From: a virus
IMG/VR virus record: IMGVR_UViG_3300045988_126562
Strand: one strand, 5' to 3'
Length of the DNA: 64,000 bases
Shown: positions 28,901-39,400 of the stretch, in pieces
Layout of the letters: the number at the start of each line of letters is the position of its first letter
How positions within the stretch are numbered: the first letter of the stretch is position 1
Program-made: the position numbers and the translations under genes
The notes under the pieces: model-generated
What the model was told of the DNA's origin: nothing
Database searches by the model: none
What the model saw: the letters and a program-made list of their open reading frames with translations, nothing else

Positions 28901-30478
28901 TAATATAGTATTTCCTTTTTCTAAATTTAAAGGTAAGTCTATATCTTCATACATTATAGATACAAAATCTACTGTTCTGTCTGCATCATTTTTAAACATT
29001 AAAACTCCTAGAGCATTTAAGTCCTCATTTTGAATAGCTTTCCAGTTAGGGTTAATTTTATATTTAGTTAGATTAATATTCAGCCACCTATTAAGTGAGT
29101 TGTCTGATACGAAAGATATTTCTTTATTTTCACTATCTTTTAAGTCATTAAATATTTGAGCTATTTTAGAAGTTTGATTTTTTCTATGTTCTCTTAATAC
29201 AGCCAGATAGTTCTTTAATTCTTTTTCTATTTCTTCCCTTGAATTTTTAGATACTTTACGTTCTCCTTTTATAATTCCTTTGATCATAGTAAACTGATAA
29301 CTATTTCCTACTTTAGTTACCATAGCATCATAGGCTTTTTGGAAACTTGCTTCGTCATACCCAGAATTAAAAACATCAAAACCAAACATCTTAGTTACAG
29401 TTTCTACTGTATTCTCAGCTAATTTAGAAGTTAGCGGCTGAGATTCTGTTTTAATATTCAACAGGCCAAATAATTTATACCTAGTAGAAATATTTGGAGT
29501 TAAGATTTTGGATGTCACATTAGAACTAGTAAAAGAATCTCCTGTTCTTCCAAGTTGGATAGGAATTAACTTCAAATTAAAGTTAGTAGGCTTTACTCCT
29601 ATATTCTCTAGCATTGTTTGATAAGTCATTAACTGTGCTAAAGCTGTAGCTTTCTTATCCGGATCCCAGGCATCATAATTAGTTCCAGATACTTTAAAGT
29701 CAATTATGTCTATAGTATTATCATCGTAAACTAATACCATATCCATTTTTCCTCTAATATTATAGGTAGAGTCTTTAAAATCAATACAGGGTTCAATAAA
29801 AGTATATTTTATTTTCTTATTAGCTGTTAATCCCTTTTTAATAGAATATAGTTGTTTAACCGTCTGTAATATAGCTTCATCTGATAATGAGTCAATATTA
29901 ATGTTTTCGCTTCCAAATTCAGCAATTTTTCTTCTTACTTCCTTAGGATACTTAGAATAATCCAAAAATGGATTCATAAATACATCATAGGCTATTTTGT
30001 GTAATCCTTTACCTACTTTCCTTATTTGGTCAAATCTAAGTTTTTCAGAATTTACCTTTTCTTCGATTATAGCTTTCCTTTCTTCTTCTGGCAGTTGCCT
30101 ATAATCGCTTTCTAGAGTTCTTCTATAAGCTCTCTCCCAGTTTTCTAAATTAAATTGTTCTGATTTGTCAGTCAATCCTTGAGTTTTTATAAATTCAAGA
30201 ACTCCTATTGAATTATCATCATAAACATCATCAAACTCATCACTGTCATATTTTGATATCTTAGTTCTTAGTTTTTTTAGATGCTCTTGATTTTTATTGT
30301 TTACTTTGTTGATTATAGCTATATTTTCAGCAGTTAAATCTTTACTAAATCTATAGTCTTCTGCTGTTTCTAGACTAAACTCATCTGGATTATTTCTTAT
30401 ATATGAATCTAATTCCTCTTCACTTGAAAATGAACGAGCTATTTCTTTATATGTTAGTTCATACGTACAGTCTTTCAT
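25997..30478 (-). CDS. Giant protein with N-terminal PD-(D/E)xK (RecB/Cas4-like) nuclease motifs and C-terminal hydrophobic segments
   Basis: 1493 aa containing IRGKMDMVLVYDDNTIDIIDFKVSG (DFK codons 29693-29701) followed by QLMTYQ. This matches the G.iD...iiD(Y/F)K(T/S)G and Q..Y motifs of RecB-family nucleases. Confidence 0.55.
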   Translation of the reverse strand: MKDCTYELTYKEIARSFSSEEELDSYIRNNPDEFSLETAEDYRFSKDLTAENIAIINKVNNKNQEHLKKLRTKISKYDSDEFDDVYDDNSIGVLEFIKTQGLTDKSEQFNLENWERAYRRTLESDYRQLPEEERKAIIEEKVNSEKLRFDQIRKVGKGLHKIAYDVFMNPFLDYSKYPKEVRRKIAEFGSENINIDSLSDEAILQTVKQLYSIKKGLTANKKIKYTFIEPCIDFKDSTYNIRGKMDMVLVYDDNTIDIIDFKVSGTNYDAWDPDKKATALAQLMTYQTMLENIGVKPTNFNLKLIPIQLGRTGDSFTSSNVTSKILTPNISTRYKLFGLLNIKTESQPLTSKLAENTVETVTKMFGFDVFNSGYDEASFQKAYDAMVTKVGNSYQFTMIKGIIKGERKVSKNSREEIEKELKNYLAVLREHRKNQTSKIAQIFNDLKDSENKEISFVSDNSLNRWLNINLTKYKINPNWKAIQNEDLNALGVLMFKNDADRTVDFVSIMYEDIDLPLNLEKGNTILGHLYSDNMSSSNKLVANMGNIELVKLLYLANQLADNYETGELKVLGLSNKSVIDDTVIREKLENNYNILANSVGIETNKVRAGELYARVASLYEAIVNSTSVANYFRANSINPNNFKNDKLSELVNDKAEQLKRLEKLRDALNEHYYKYRFNATEDNSILGYLKSQVDLAISKLSGYSIDFRNETKLSGNILGGQGLRESIENKTLFNSINLRPQDTIPIIQAIYDRVMEANSIIRNKYMAYKVVDRRHTDKFKNSNPGFRNNRFVNNSEIIFKNLIDRSNTRDLRLKDFRYDDTLSKDEKEYLEWYVRDLTRIKYDLTLEEAEDQGYDIFQLPLVRAGALSRIVNNKQNIKEALKDTLGLEDATIDPRMSLGLDSSETDFGKNGLIFDGIFNSFSLSSDPDKRLGMIEKEGLESFDINLERIKDLYNYVVTRKEILDPVIANVSSSLCSYAWNAQLSNGQLELNKPTLDFIVNFIKSSVLDMSLFDKDEKGLWRTVSSIKSVASKMVLGLNVLSMAKEGLVGWWTLFNNANANRFDDSRFGIKEASKAYSMVWQDGFRQIKTITMGEHLNAQYGIANVSEQEMVERLNYYQGEVGRVNNILFFTARSPDFLHRMTVFTAYMLKDGNYDAHKLVGDHIEYNWREDKRFSIYAKYQNTPESEIPKSELETFQEQRSLYLTIWRQMIDEGAVVTNWETGETRSMTDDDKDIPKAYTVLESNKMIQEANMMFGYMDSTNKSMWFRKGIGVILGQFQSYITARGAQYFLTPGTYKTGKWVDKVDSVTGKKLYWKYDDSGKRVETTENTGFPVKDWQGGMMEGIFWSLASLINVVNYIKGGTSREDFLKAWNDPTKLRNLNLFLGDVGGLAFFSILMYLLFGNVKESDKTAIDKNIELVLRNASSEFNIWKTFTGQLELNFVAWGVITRFVTSLKDAISGDSNLPRAFVSNVGAFKPFKPMIYDMFPLDEQE

Positions 30479-33411
30479 TATTTACAGTCTATTTTTAAAT
30501 TATTATTTTGAATTAGGTTAGATTTCACATTAGAAATTTTATTTTCAGTAATGGTTTTATCTAAATTTACTCCTATCGTTAAGTCTTTCAAAAGAGAACT
30601 ATTTCCATCTAGTAATAATGTTTTCATTAGAGTATTCATAAACTCAGAGTCGTCTCTAAATTTATCTGTAGAGTCGGTCCGGAATAGTTGAAAAGCTAAC
30701 TCTTTAATATTTAAATCAGATACTTTTAAGGCTCCATAATCTTGTACCCTTCCCATAAAATAGTCAGTTACTGCATGTACCAAAACTTCTTCAGCATAAT
30801 CATTTGGAGATAACTCTCTGTACCTTTCTTTTAGTTCTTCAAATTGAGTTAAATCAGGTATATTTTTGAGCATTTCAGAATACGCTGCTGGATTAGATAC
30901 TTTATATTGAGCTAATAATAAATGCATCAACTCATGTATAGGAGAATCTTCTGTACTTAAATCTGAGTTTAAGATTATCATTCCACTATGTATAAAAGCT
31001 TTGTTACTTGCCAAATTAGGTCCAAATAATGAGGTAATTTCATCAGAAGTAAACATATTCACTTTGATTCCTGATCTTTTCAAAGAATTAGCTAAAACTT
31101 CAAGCATATTTACGTTAGAATAATTAGGAGCATTTACCTCTACTCTGGAAATTGCCTCTGGAGTATAATGGGCGAATACATAAAATTTTTTATTCTGAAA
31201 GTTATTATAATTTCCAAATTCTTCATTTAGGAAATTTTCATAAGTATCATAAATAGTTTTTTCAAAGATTTCTCTTAGTTCTGGCTCGAAGAATTTCTTG
31301 TATTCTGTTACATTATGTCCAACAAACAAATCATCCTTTACTAATCCAGATAAAGTATTGTAATATACATTATCTCCAATGTATCTTAAGTCTGACATAT
31401 ACAGAGGAGAATGGTTAGAATAAGTACTATTAATCTGAGACTTAGGTATTTCTACATAGGTATTACCTTCGGATAGAATGAATCCATAATTGTTGTCAGT
31501 TATATTTACTAATACCCCGGTCTTTCTTTTATTATCATCAAATAAGAGAGAAAATACTACTCCTTTATTAAATCCTCCAGTATATACATTATACATGGAA
31601 GTATAGGGATTGAGTTTAGGTCTAAATTTAAAATCATAGATATGGTCTATAACCATTTTCATCTTATTCTGTGATACTGTATTAGTTATTGTGACAGTAT
31701 CCCCAGCTTGCATCTCTTTTAAATTGGCAAATAATCCGGGATTCTCACTATTAGTAAATTTTTGAAATTCTTCATTAGTAAAAGACTTATTTATTGTTGA
31801 TTTTGTAAAAGATAAATTTAATTCACTATCCAAGTAAGATAAAAATTCTCCTCTGTTTCTATTAATTGTATAATAATTTGGATAAATATAAGAAGATATT
31901 CCAGATTGATTTGCAGCTTTAACTGCTTGTATTGCAAAATCATCATACACTGTAGAATGTACTGACTCTACTAATACTCCATCAGTGTTTAATTTTTCTA
32001 TTAATTCAGACAATCCCTTTACAACTGATTTAGTAGGAATGGATTTCTGTTTTAGAACTACCCATTTTGGTTTTTTACCTTTCCCTGCATTCTTTCCTGT
32101 TTTTGTTGAAACTTCCGCTTTTATTTCCTTTATTTGTTCATCAGTTAATTCATACTTAGGATTTATTAATATTTTTAAAGGTTTGCCTGACTTTACTGTT
32201 GCAAATTTGGAGGTTGATTCATCTAATATTAGTTCTACATAAGTATCTTTAGATTTTAAAGTACTATTCATTACGTAGTTACTCTCATTTAAATAAATCA
32301 CTTTATCCTCTACTTGATAATCATCCTCCACTTCAATAGAACCTACTTTTGGAATATAAGATTCATCCATTGAAATCTCTGGAGTTTTATATAAATAATC
32401 AATTATATTATTTATTGTTTTATTAACACTAGGATCAAATAATTCATTTACTTCTATATCTTCGTTATTCAATAAATCATTTAATAGCTGTTCGTACTTT
32501 CCAGTTTTATTATCCTCGTAAAACTTTTTAAATTGAATTGGAACATTGTCTGGCAATTGAGAATCTGATACATCAGTAGCACTTTTGTAATTTCTTACCT
32601 TCTGCAATAATCCTATAATATTAGAATTAGTATATTTATGATTATTGAATACTGTTATATTATTTCCATATCCTATTATTGATTTTATTTTATCTCCTAC
32701 AACTGTGGTTCCAGTTATATTTATAGAATTTTCCGTTTTAGATTTTATTATTCCTCCTAACTCTCTTAGTAAATTTTTACTTAATTCACTATCGTCCGAT
32801 TGAGCTAGCAATAGCAACTTTTTGGCAGCTGTTAATTCTGATACTCCTTCCAAATGTTCTCTAAATGGATGATTTGAATCTAGAATCTGCTCTACATAAT
32901 TAGATAAGGTTCTATAAATAGGACTGTTTTTATTAGTAGATTCCTTACTTGCGTATTTAAACGCTAGAGTTTGGGATAAAGAAGATCCTGATTCCATAAT
33001 TGATGGATTTAATAGAATAAAATCCCTTTTAGTTCCTATATAGGCTTTACTTAATTTAGTAGAGTCACTAAATAAAAAAGAATTATCAGTATAATTAAGA
33101 AGATTGGTAATAGCAGAAACTGCGCTAAAGTCAGTAGACTGATTTATTCTAGATAATGTAGCAAGATTTAAACTAGTTGCATTACCTATAGCATAATCTC
33201 CAATATTGGTAGCTATTTGTTCTCCTTTAGCAATAATTTCATTTACATCTTGATCTACAGTATTTATAATATCGTCAATTTCCGATTGAAATCTTTTACT
33301 TCTAACTAAAGTCCCTAAAATACTATCTAGAGATGTGGACGAAATATCCACATCTCTAAAAGTATATTTTTTAGAACCTATTTGTATTTGTACACAACCT
33401 TTCTTACTCAT
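30478..33411 (-). CDS. Large protein with C-terminal HExxH zincin-like motif
   Basis: The ORF track starts at GTG 33414; the first ATG is 33411. HELMH is encoded at 30922-30936 (aa 827-831 of the ORF-track protein), with a Glu 16 residues downstream. Confidence 0.45.
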   Translation of the reverse strand: MSKKGCVQIQIGSKKYTFRDVDISSTSLDSILGTLVRSKRFQSEIDDIINTVDQDVNEIIAKGEQIATNIGDYAIGNATSLNLATLSRINQSTDFSAVSAITNLLNYTDNSFLFSDSTKLSKAYIGTKRDFILLNPSIMESGSSLSQTLAFKYASKESTNKNSPIYRTLSNYVEQILDSNHPFREHLEGVSELTAAKKLLLLAQSDDSELSKNLLRELGGIIKSKTENSINITGTTVVGDKIKSIIGYGNNITVFNNHKYTNSNIIGLLQKVRNYKSATDVSDSQLPDNVPIQFKKFYEDNKTGKYEQLLNDLLNNEDIEVNELFDPSVNKTINNIIDYLYKTPEISMDESYIPKVGSIEVEDDYQVEDKVIYLNESNYVMNSTLKSKDTYVELILDESTSKFATVKSGKPLKILINPKYELTDEQIKEIKAEVSTKTGKNAGKGKKPKWVVLKQKSIPTKSVVKGLSELIEKLNTDGVLVESVHSTVYDDFAIQAVKAANQSGISSYIYPNYYTINRNRGEFLSYLDSELNLSFTKSTINKSFTNEEFQKFTNSENPGLFANLKEMQAGDTVTITNTVSQNKMKMVIDHIYDFKFRPKLNPYTSMYNVYTGGFNKGVVFSLLFDDNKRKTGVLVNITDNNYGFILSEGNTYVEIPKSQINSTYSNHSPLYMSDLRYIGDNVYYNTLSGLVKDDLFVGHNVTEYKKFFEPELREIFEKTIYDTYENFLNEEFGNYNNFQNKKFYVFAHYTPEAISRVEVNAPNYSNVNMLEVLANSLKRSGIKVNMFTSDEITSLFGPNLASNKAFIHSGMIILNSDLSTEDSPIHELMHLLLAQYKVSNPAAYSEMLKNIPDLTQFEELKERYRELSPNDYAEEVLVHAVTDYFMGRVQDYGALKVSDLNIKELAFQLFRTDSTDKFRDDSEFMNTLMKTLLLDGNSSLLKDLTIGVNLDKTITENKISNVKSNLIQNNNLKIDCK

Positions 33412-36400
33412 CACAGGTTAATTTAATATCAAGTTTATTATCTGCAAACAAATTCATAAATTTAACATAGATATTATCTGCCTTAATTTTATATACTCTG
33501 GAAACTCCATCTCTAAAGAATAGAGAAGTAGGATTGTTTTCAATAAACAAATCCTGAACCTTCCCATCATGATAAATAACTTTTTTACCAGCTACATATT
33601 GAACATCAAATCCACTACCAGTTTCACCTGCAAATCTAATAAGTAGATCGTCTTCGTCAATATTAATATCCATATTAGGAAGATTAGCTTCAAACTCCGT
33701 AAACTTAGAAATAATTGAATTTTTTGGACTAGACTTAATAGCATCCTCAAAAATCCTGGTCATAGTATTTGGACCAAAACCATTGTTGCTGACAAGAAGA
33801 TTATATGCGAAGAATAAGTCCTCTATTCTTACATTGTTATAAGTATCATCCTTAATAGAATTAAATCCAGAAACATAATCGTTAAATAGATTTTCATTCA
33901 TCTCGCTGGATATGTTATTTAAGTCTATAGGGAGTTTGAGAAAATCCCTCACTCCAAAAGAAGTTTTAGTATAACCAAACATCAAATCAGATAAAAATCT
34001 GTTAGTGGGATATTTGTTTTGCAACTCAGGTATGATATAGTTCTCCATGATTCTTTTAAATGAAGCTCTTCCAAATACATCATTTAATTGAAGCACTTCT
34101 TCCTCTCTTTTACTTGTTGATCCATCAGCATTATAATAAGGAAGTACTTCGCCAACCATAGGAATCTCAAAACTCAAATTATCAAAAAATTCACTAATAG
34201 TTACATCATCCACAAATCTCTTAATAACCCTCATTGTATCGGGCTTAATAGTCTTAACTATGCCCCTGTGAACTAACAGATCAGCCATTTTAGAAAACGT
34301 TCTATACTTATAACTAAAAGTATTAAGAATATCCTCATTCAATGCTAACGCTTGATACATTTTACTAAAGTGAGGTGATGATGAAATAGCAGCAAGTACA
34401 TTAAATGTAGTTTTGCTTTTTTCATATAGATTAATTTGATGTTGTCTATATTCAGGATCTTTAATGAACTGAATTAAATCAAAATTCTTTCCAGTTTTAG
34501 ATTTAATGAAATCTTCTCTTCTCTTAATAAAATTATAAAAATCATTTCTAAGAGTTTTTAGTCCCTGATTTAATCCACACCATTGAGAGTATTCAGAAAT
34601 TTCATCTCCTCCTTCCACAAGGTTATTCAATAATTCAAGAGTATTATTTATATCACCTTTAATAGTAGCCAACTGATTTTTTCTGTTTATAGACTCTGTA
34701 AGGAATCTATTAACTAAGAAAGCAGTTTGCTTAAAATCCCTTCTATTAGCTACAAATCCTTCTTCTCCTAATTCATCTGCTATTTCTCTTAATTGCTCAA
34801 TCTCATCTTGAGAAAGAACTCTACTAGCAGCAACAGAGAAATCTGATTCATGTTCAGTTATTTTATCAATTAAAGTATACAGATAATCGGAACCAGAATC
34901 CTTTATAAACTTCTTAAATTCAGCAGCCTTAGTAGGTATTTGGGAGTCTATTTTGGTGTTTAATACGTTTATTACACTATTAACAAAATCCTTTCCAACA
35001 TAATCAGCAATATCAGCTCCTTCTTGGTAAAATTTTATAGCCCTGTTAATATTAGAATATTTACTTTCTTCGTTAAACAACGACCGTTGAGCTTTATTAT
35101 TAACCAAAGAGATAACACTAGATGTCATAAACTTTGTAATGGTAGTAAATGGTACTCCAGAACTAATCAAGTAAATATATACCTTAGCCAAATCTCCAGA
35201 AGCGTTGATTTTTTTCAATACTAGCTCTTTAGCATTATCGGTAGAAATATTCAACATAACTCCCAAAGTTTCATAAACCTCTTCTTGTAAGCCTCCTTTC
35301 TTAATTTTGTCTACCAATTCTGAGATAGCAGAACCATCTGCTGCACTCAGATTTAAATTAGGTAAAGTAGGAGTAAACTTAATTTCAAATGGTTTACCTT
35401 CGCTATCATATGCTGTATAACTAGATGAGCCTTTAAGCTTTAACTCATATTTTTCTACGTTTGCTGTATCAGATAACTTAAGTAATTCCACTAGTAAGTT
35501 TAGGTGCTCCATAGACTTATCAGATTGTCTAAAGTCTTCCTTTCTAGCTTCTAAAACTAATTTAGCTTCTTCTTCAGATAATCCACTATTTATCAACTCA
35601 GATAAAGATAGTTCTTCAAGTCTAGACAGAACTACATCCAATTCAGGCTCTACTCCTAAATTCACAGAAATAGTTGCCAGGAAATTATCCAATGCTTGTT
35701 TAGCCATAGGAACAACTTTAGATAGATTGTCTTGATAGAAAACAAGTAAAGATGAAAACGCCTTAATTCCATTTGCAAAAGCTCCAATTGAAGATTTACC
35801 TACAGCATTTTCCTTTTGGGCAACCATTTTAGCACCAGGATTCTCATTTGATGATACTTCCCCAAATCTACCTGCTGTTGATTTAGAGGCCGCTTCACGA
35901 GCAGGGTCAATAGTTAATGTAGCAGTTTCAGCTAAGAAGTTTCTAGGATCAGCTCCTACTTTAAACATATTATTAAATATCTTATTCTTTACTCCTTCGT
36001 TTTTATTATATTGGAATTTATTATGAGTATTGATAATATTTAACAAATAGTCACTAGCTCCAGAAACTATGTTAGTTTCTTTTATTTTTTCTAACATTTC
36101 AGCTAATCTGTCCAAAAATACTGAATATTGTTTACCTTCGTATAAAGATTCTAAATCATTATACTCAGACACATCAATTCCCGATTCATCTACAGTATAA
36201 GTTTTTCCATTTGGTAGTGGAAGCTCTTTAGACTTATTAAATAAATCAGTAGTTTCCCACATAAAATAAGGAGACCAATTAATATATACTCCGTTATCAC
36301 CTATACTAGAGTTCATAACATAGATCTTATCAATATCAAAGTCGGAACCCTCATATATCAACATTTCTATTGGAGTATATACGATATTAGTATCAGTGTC

Positions 36401-39400
36401 TATAAAAGAAGCTATCTTCATATTCATGAATGACTGCATAGACTGAGCAGGAATACGAGCAGCAATTACTTTTAAAGCTTCATTGAAAGATTGATTCATC
36501 ATAAAAGCTCTCTTAGTATCCTCAGCTTCAGGATTTATCTTTGAGATATATTCAAAAGCTTCTTGATATGATTTAATGGGAACTTTTATTTTGTTCAAAG
36601 ATCCATACAGTTTAAGAAGATTAGATAATCTCTTAAAATTTCTACTTAAAGTCTCTTCATCATTATATTCTTTATCAAAATTAGAGAAGTTAAAGTTGTT
36701 AGTATAGAAGCTTTCAGTATTCCATATATTCTTAATATCCTCATTGGAAAATCCCGTAACCATTTCTACAGTTTCTCCATCTGGAGTAGTAACATCATAG
36801 AAGGCCATATTTTTATTAACAGGGTATTTAATATCATCATTAATTCTCCTAATAAGGCCCTCATTTGCGGTTATTATTTGGTCCTGAATATTTTTTTCAG
36901 AAACAGTATATCCTGCGCTTCTAAGTTTCTTGATAATATTAGGATCATATGAGAAGTTTAACTTATAGTTATTTCCAACAAAATATAGATTATAAAACTT
37001 AGAATCAATTGGATTGCTCCTTCTTTCTCTTAACTTATTCTTAAAAAACTCCACATCAATATTACTAATAGTATCTCCAGGAGATAACAAGAATTTAGAA
37101 GCAAATGGTTTACCTACTGCCAATTCATTAGGAGTATATTCTGATGTAATAATATCAGCTTGAGCAGAGTCATTTCTATATTTAATTGGAACTGGATACT
37201 TACCAGATTGAATACTCTTCATATCCTCTTGGATGGCAACTTTAATATAGCTCTTTAATTTATCTATATTTCCCTCCTTTAAATAAGGAATCAAATCAAC
37301 AGTTCTAGATTCTCCCTTATCATTGATAGTTAGATACTTAGCCTTAATAAGTTCATTAACCTCTATAAATACCTGATCCAAGTATTGGGGCTGCTCTAAG
37401 TTAAATTCTTTTACATACTGTTTCAGCTTACTAGATAACAAGACAGAATCCAAATCATAGATATCAAATGTAGAATCCTCTACATTTACTTGATCTGGAT
37501 TAACAGTAACTACATAATTTTGTGCTCTTAGATTTCTACCTTTTGAGGCAAGTTTCTTTACAGTTTGACCTCTCATAGATTTTACTTCTTCCAAAGTGAT
37601 ACTAGGAGTATTACCAAACGTAGTTACTAACGTTCCTACTTGTACTGCTTGACCATTTAATTCAATCCAATCTCCGCACCTTATTTGGGATACTGGAACT
37701 TCTACATCTAGAGATGTTAACGTCTCCTTAATATTAGATGTTTCATTTTTTTCCGCTATCCTAGAAAAATCCTGCTCAGTAATAACATTACCATTATAGT
37801 CATACACAGAATATAAATCAAAACAAGGAGTCATAACTCCAGTAAATCCAGAGAACTTACGTTTAATTATATCTTTATTAAATCCGTTTCTGAAATTAGT
37901 TTCAAACATTCCTAATAGGTTATTATCATCAAAAGGAATGGGTTGAGTAATTATGTTACTTTTTGCTAGCTCTTCTTGGATTCTATCCAAATAAGCAGAT
38001 GCAATACTAATTCTATCTTCTGAATCATTAAATACTCTACACAGTGCTCTACCTAGAATGGTGTTAAGTTCTTGCCTTCCTACTTCTGTATTAATATCCC
38101 ATTTCCTATACAGATCGAGTCTATCTGAAATAGTTTGTCCAATATCAGACAAGATTTTGATAGCGATATCATGAGTATATGAACCTTGTTCCAAAGCAGA
38201 AATAACTTGAGTCATTTCGGATACTTGCTCATTTTCCACATCATGTTCCGCCGTTAATTGAATAATTAAGTATGCTGGATCAAACTCAGATGATAAAAGA
38301 GGACTATCAAAATATTCAAACAAATCATGTCCAGTGGCATCAACTACTTTAGTATCAGGAATTGATTCTAAATAAGTATTTAAAGCCTCATCTAAATTAT
38401 GTTTCCACTCTCTAGCATTAGCATCATCAGTTCCTCCCCTCTGCCTATTTCTTTCAATAAAATTTTCTTCTGACATAGTATAGATTTCATCAATTACTAT
38501 TTCATCAGAATTATTTATAGCGTCCAGTAAAGATAAATCGGAAAAGAATATAGGAACATTTAAATCAAGATTCTCTTCTAATAAACTAAGTAAAAACTCT
38601 TGATAAGCTGGGTCTCTTCTTTTCTTAAATTGTTGAGTAGTTTCTCCTTCTAGCTTATTTTTTGCAATATAATTCTTTATTTTGTCTCTATTATAATCGT
38701 CGAAACTAATAAGATTATATCCCATTTTAGAAGCAACAGTTTTTCCTAAAGTTGGGTGTCCAAAAATAACTCTACTATTAGGATTAATTCTTTCCTGAGT
38801 AGAATTAAAGTATAAGCTTGCAGGATTAGGATTTACTATACCGTTTTTAACTCCAGAAGCATTAGCTAAGTAATGGATATCAGAATATTTCATTGGTTGA
38901 TAGTAAGTTCTCCCTCCTTCTATTTTTAAGTGCTTCTCAGGGATAAGCTTATTACTATACTGAGGAACATCTCTAATATCCTTAATTTTAGATATTTCTG
39001 CTAATTTAGGATTACTTAGACGTCCAAATTTAACTAAATCATTATATTCTGCTATTTCATCACTATCTTCATAGATATTCACATCATTAGCAATTCTAGC
39101 TACTTGGTGTATAGAATCTTCACTAGGCTCTAGTTTACCATTAGATAGTGAACAAGAATATGCCCCACCAAATGCTTTCCAAATATCATAATTACTATTT
39201 AAGTGCAGAATTTTAGTTTCAGTCTCAGAACCGATAATATTTCCTCTACTGTCTACCTCTATTACTTGGGCTTTATAAATATTATCTACCTTTCCATTTA
39301 CTACATCAGTTGATACCTTTTCTAAACTAGTTAACTCAAAATACCTATTCAAATCTAATTCTGGATCTATATAATACACAGATTGAAAATAGGGAGATAT

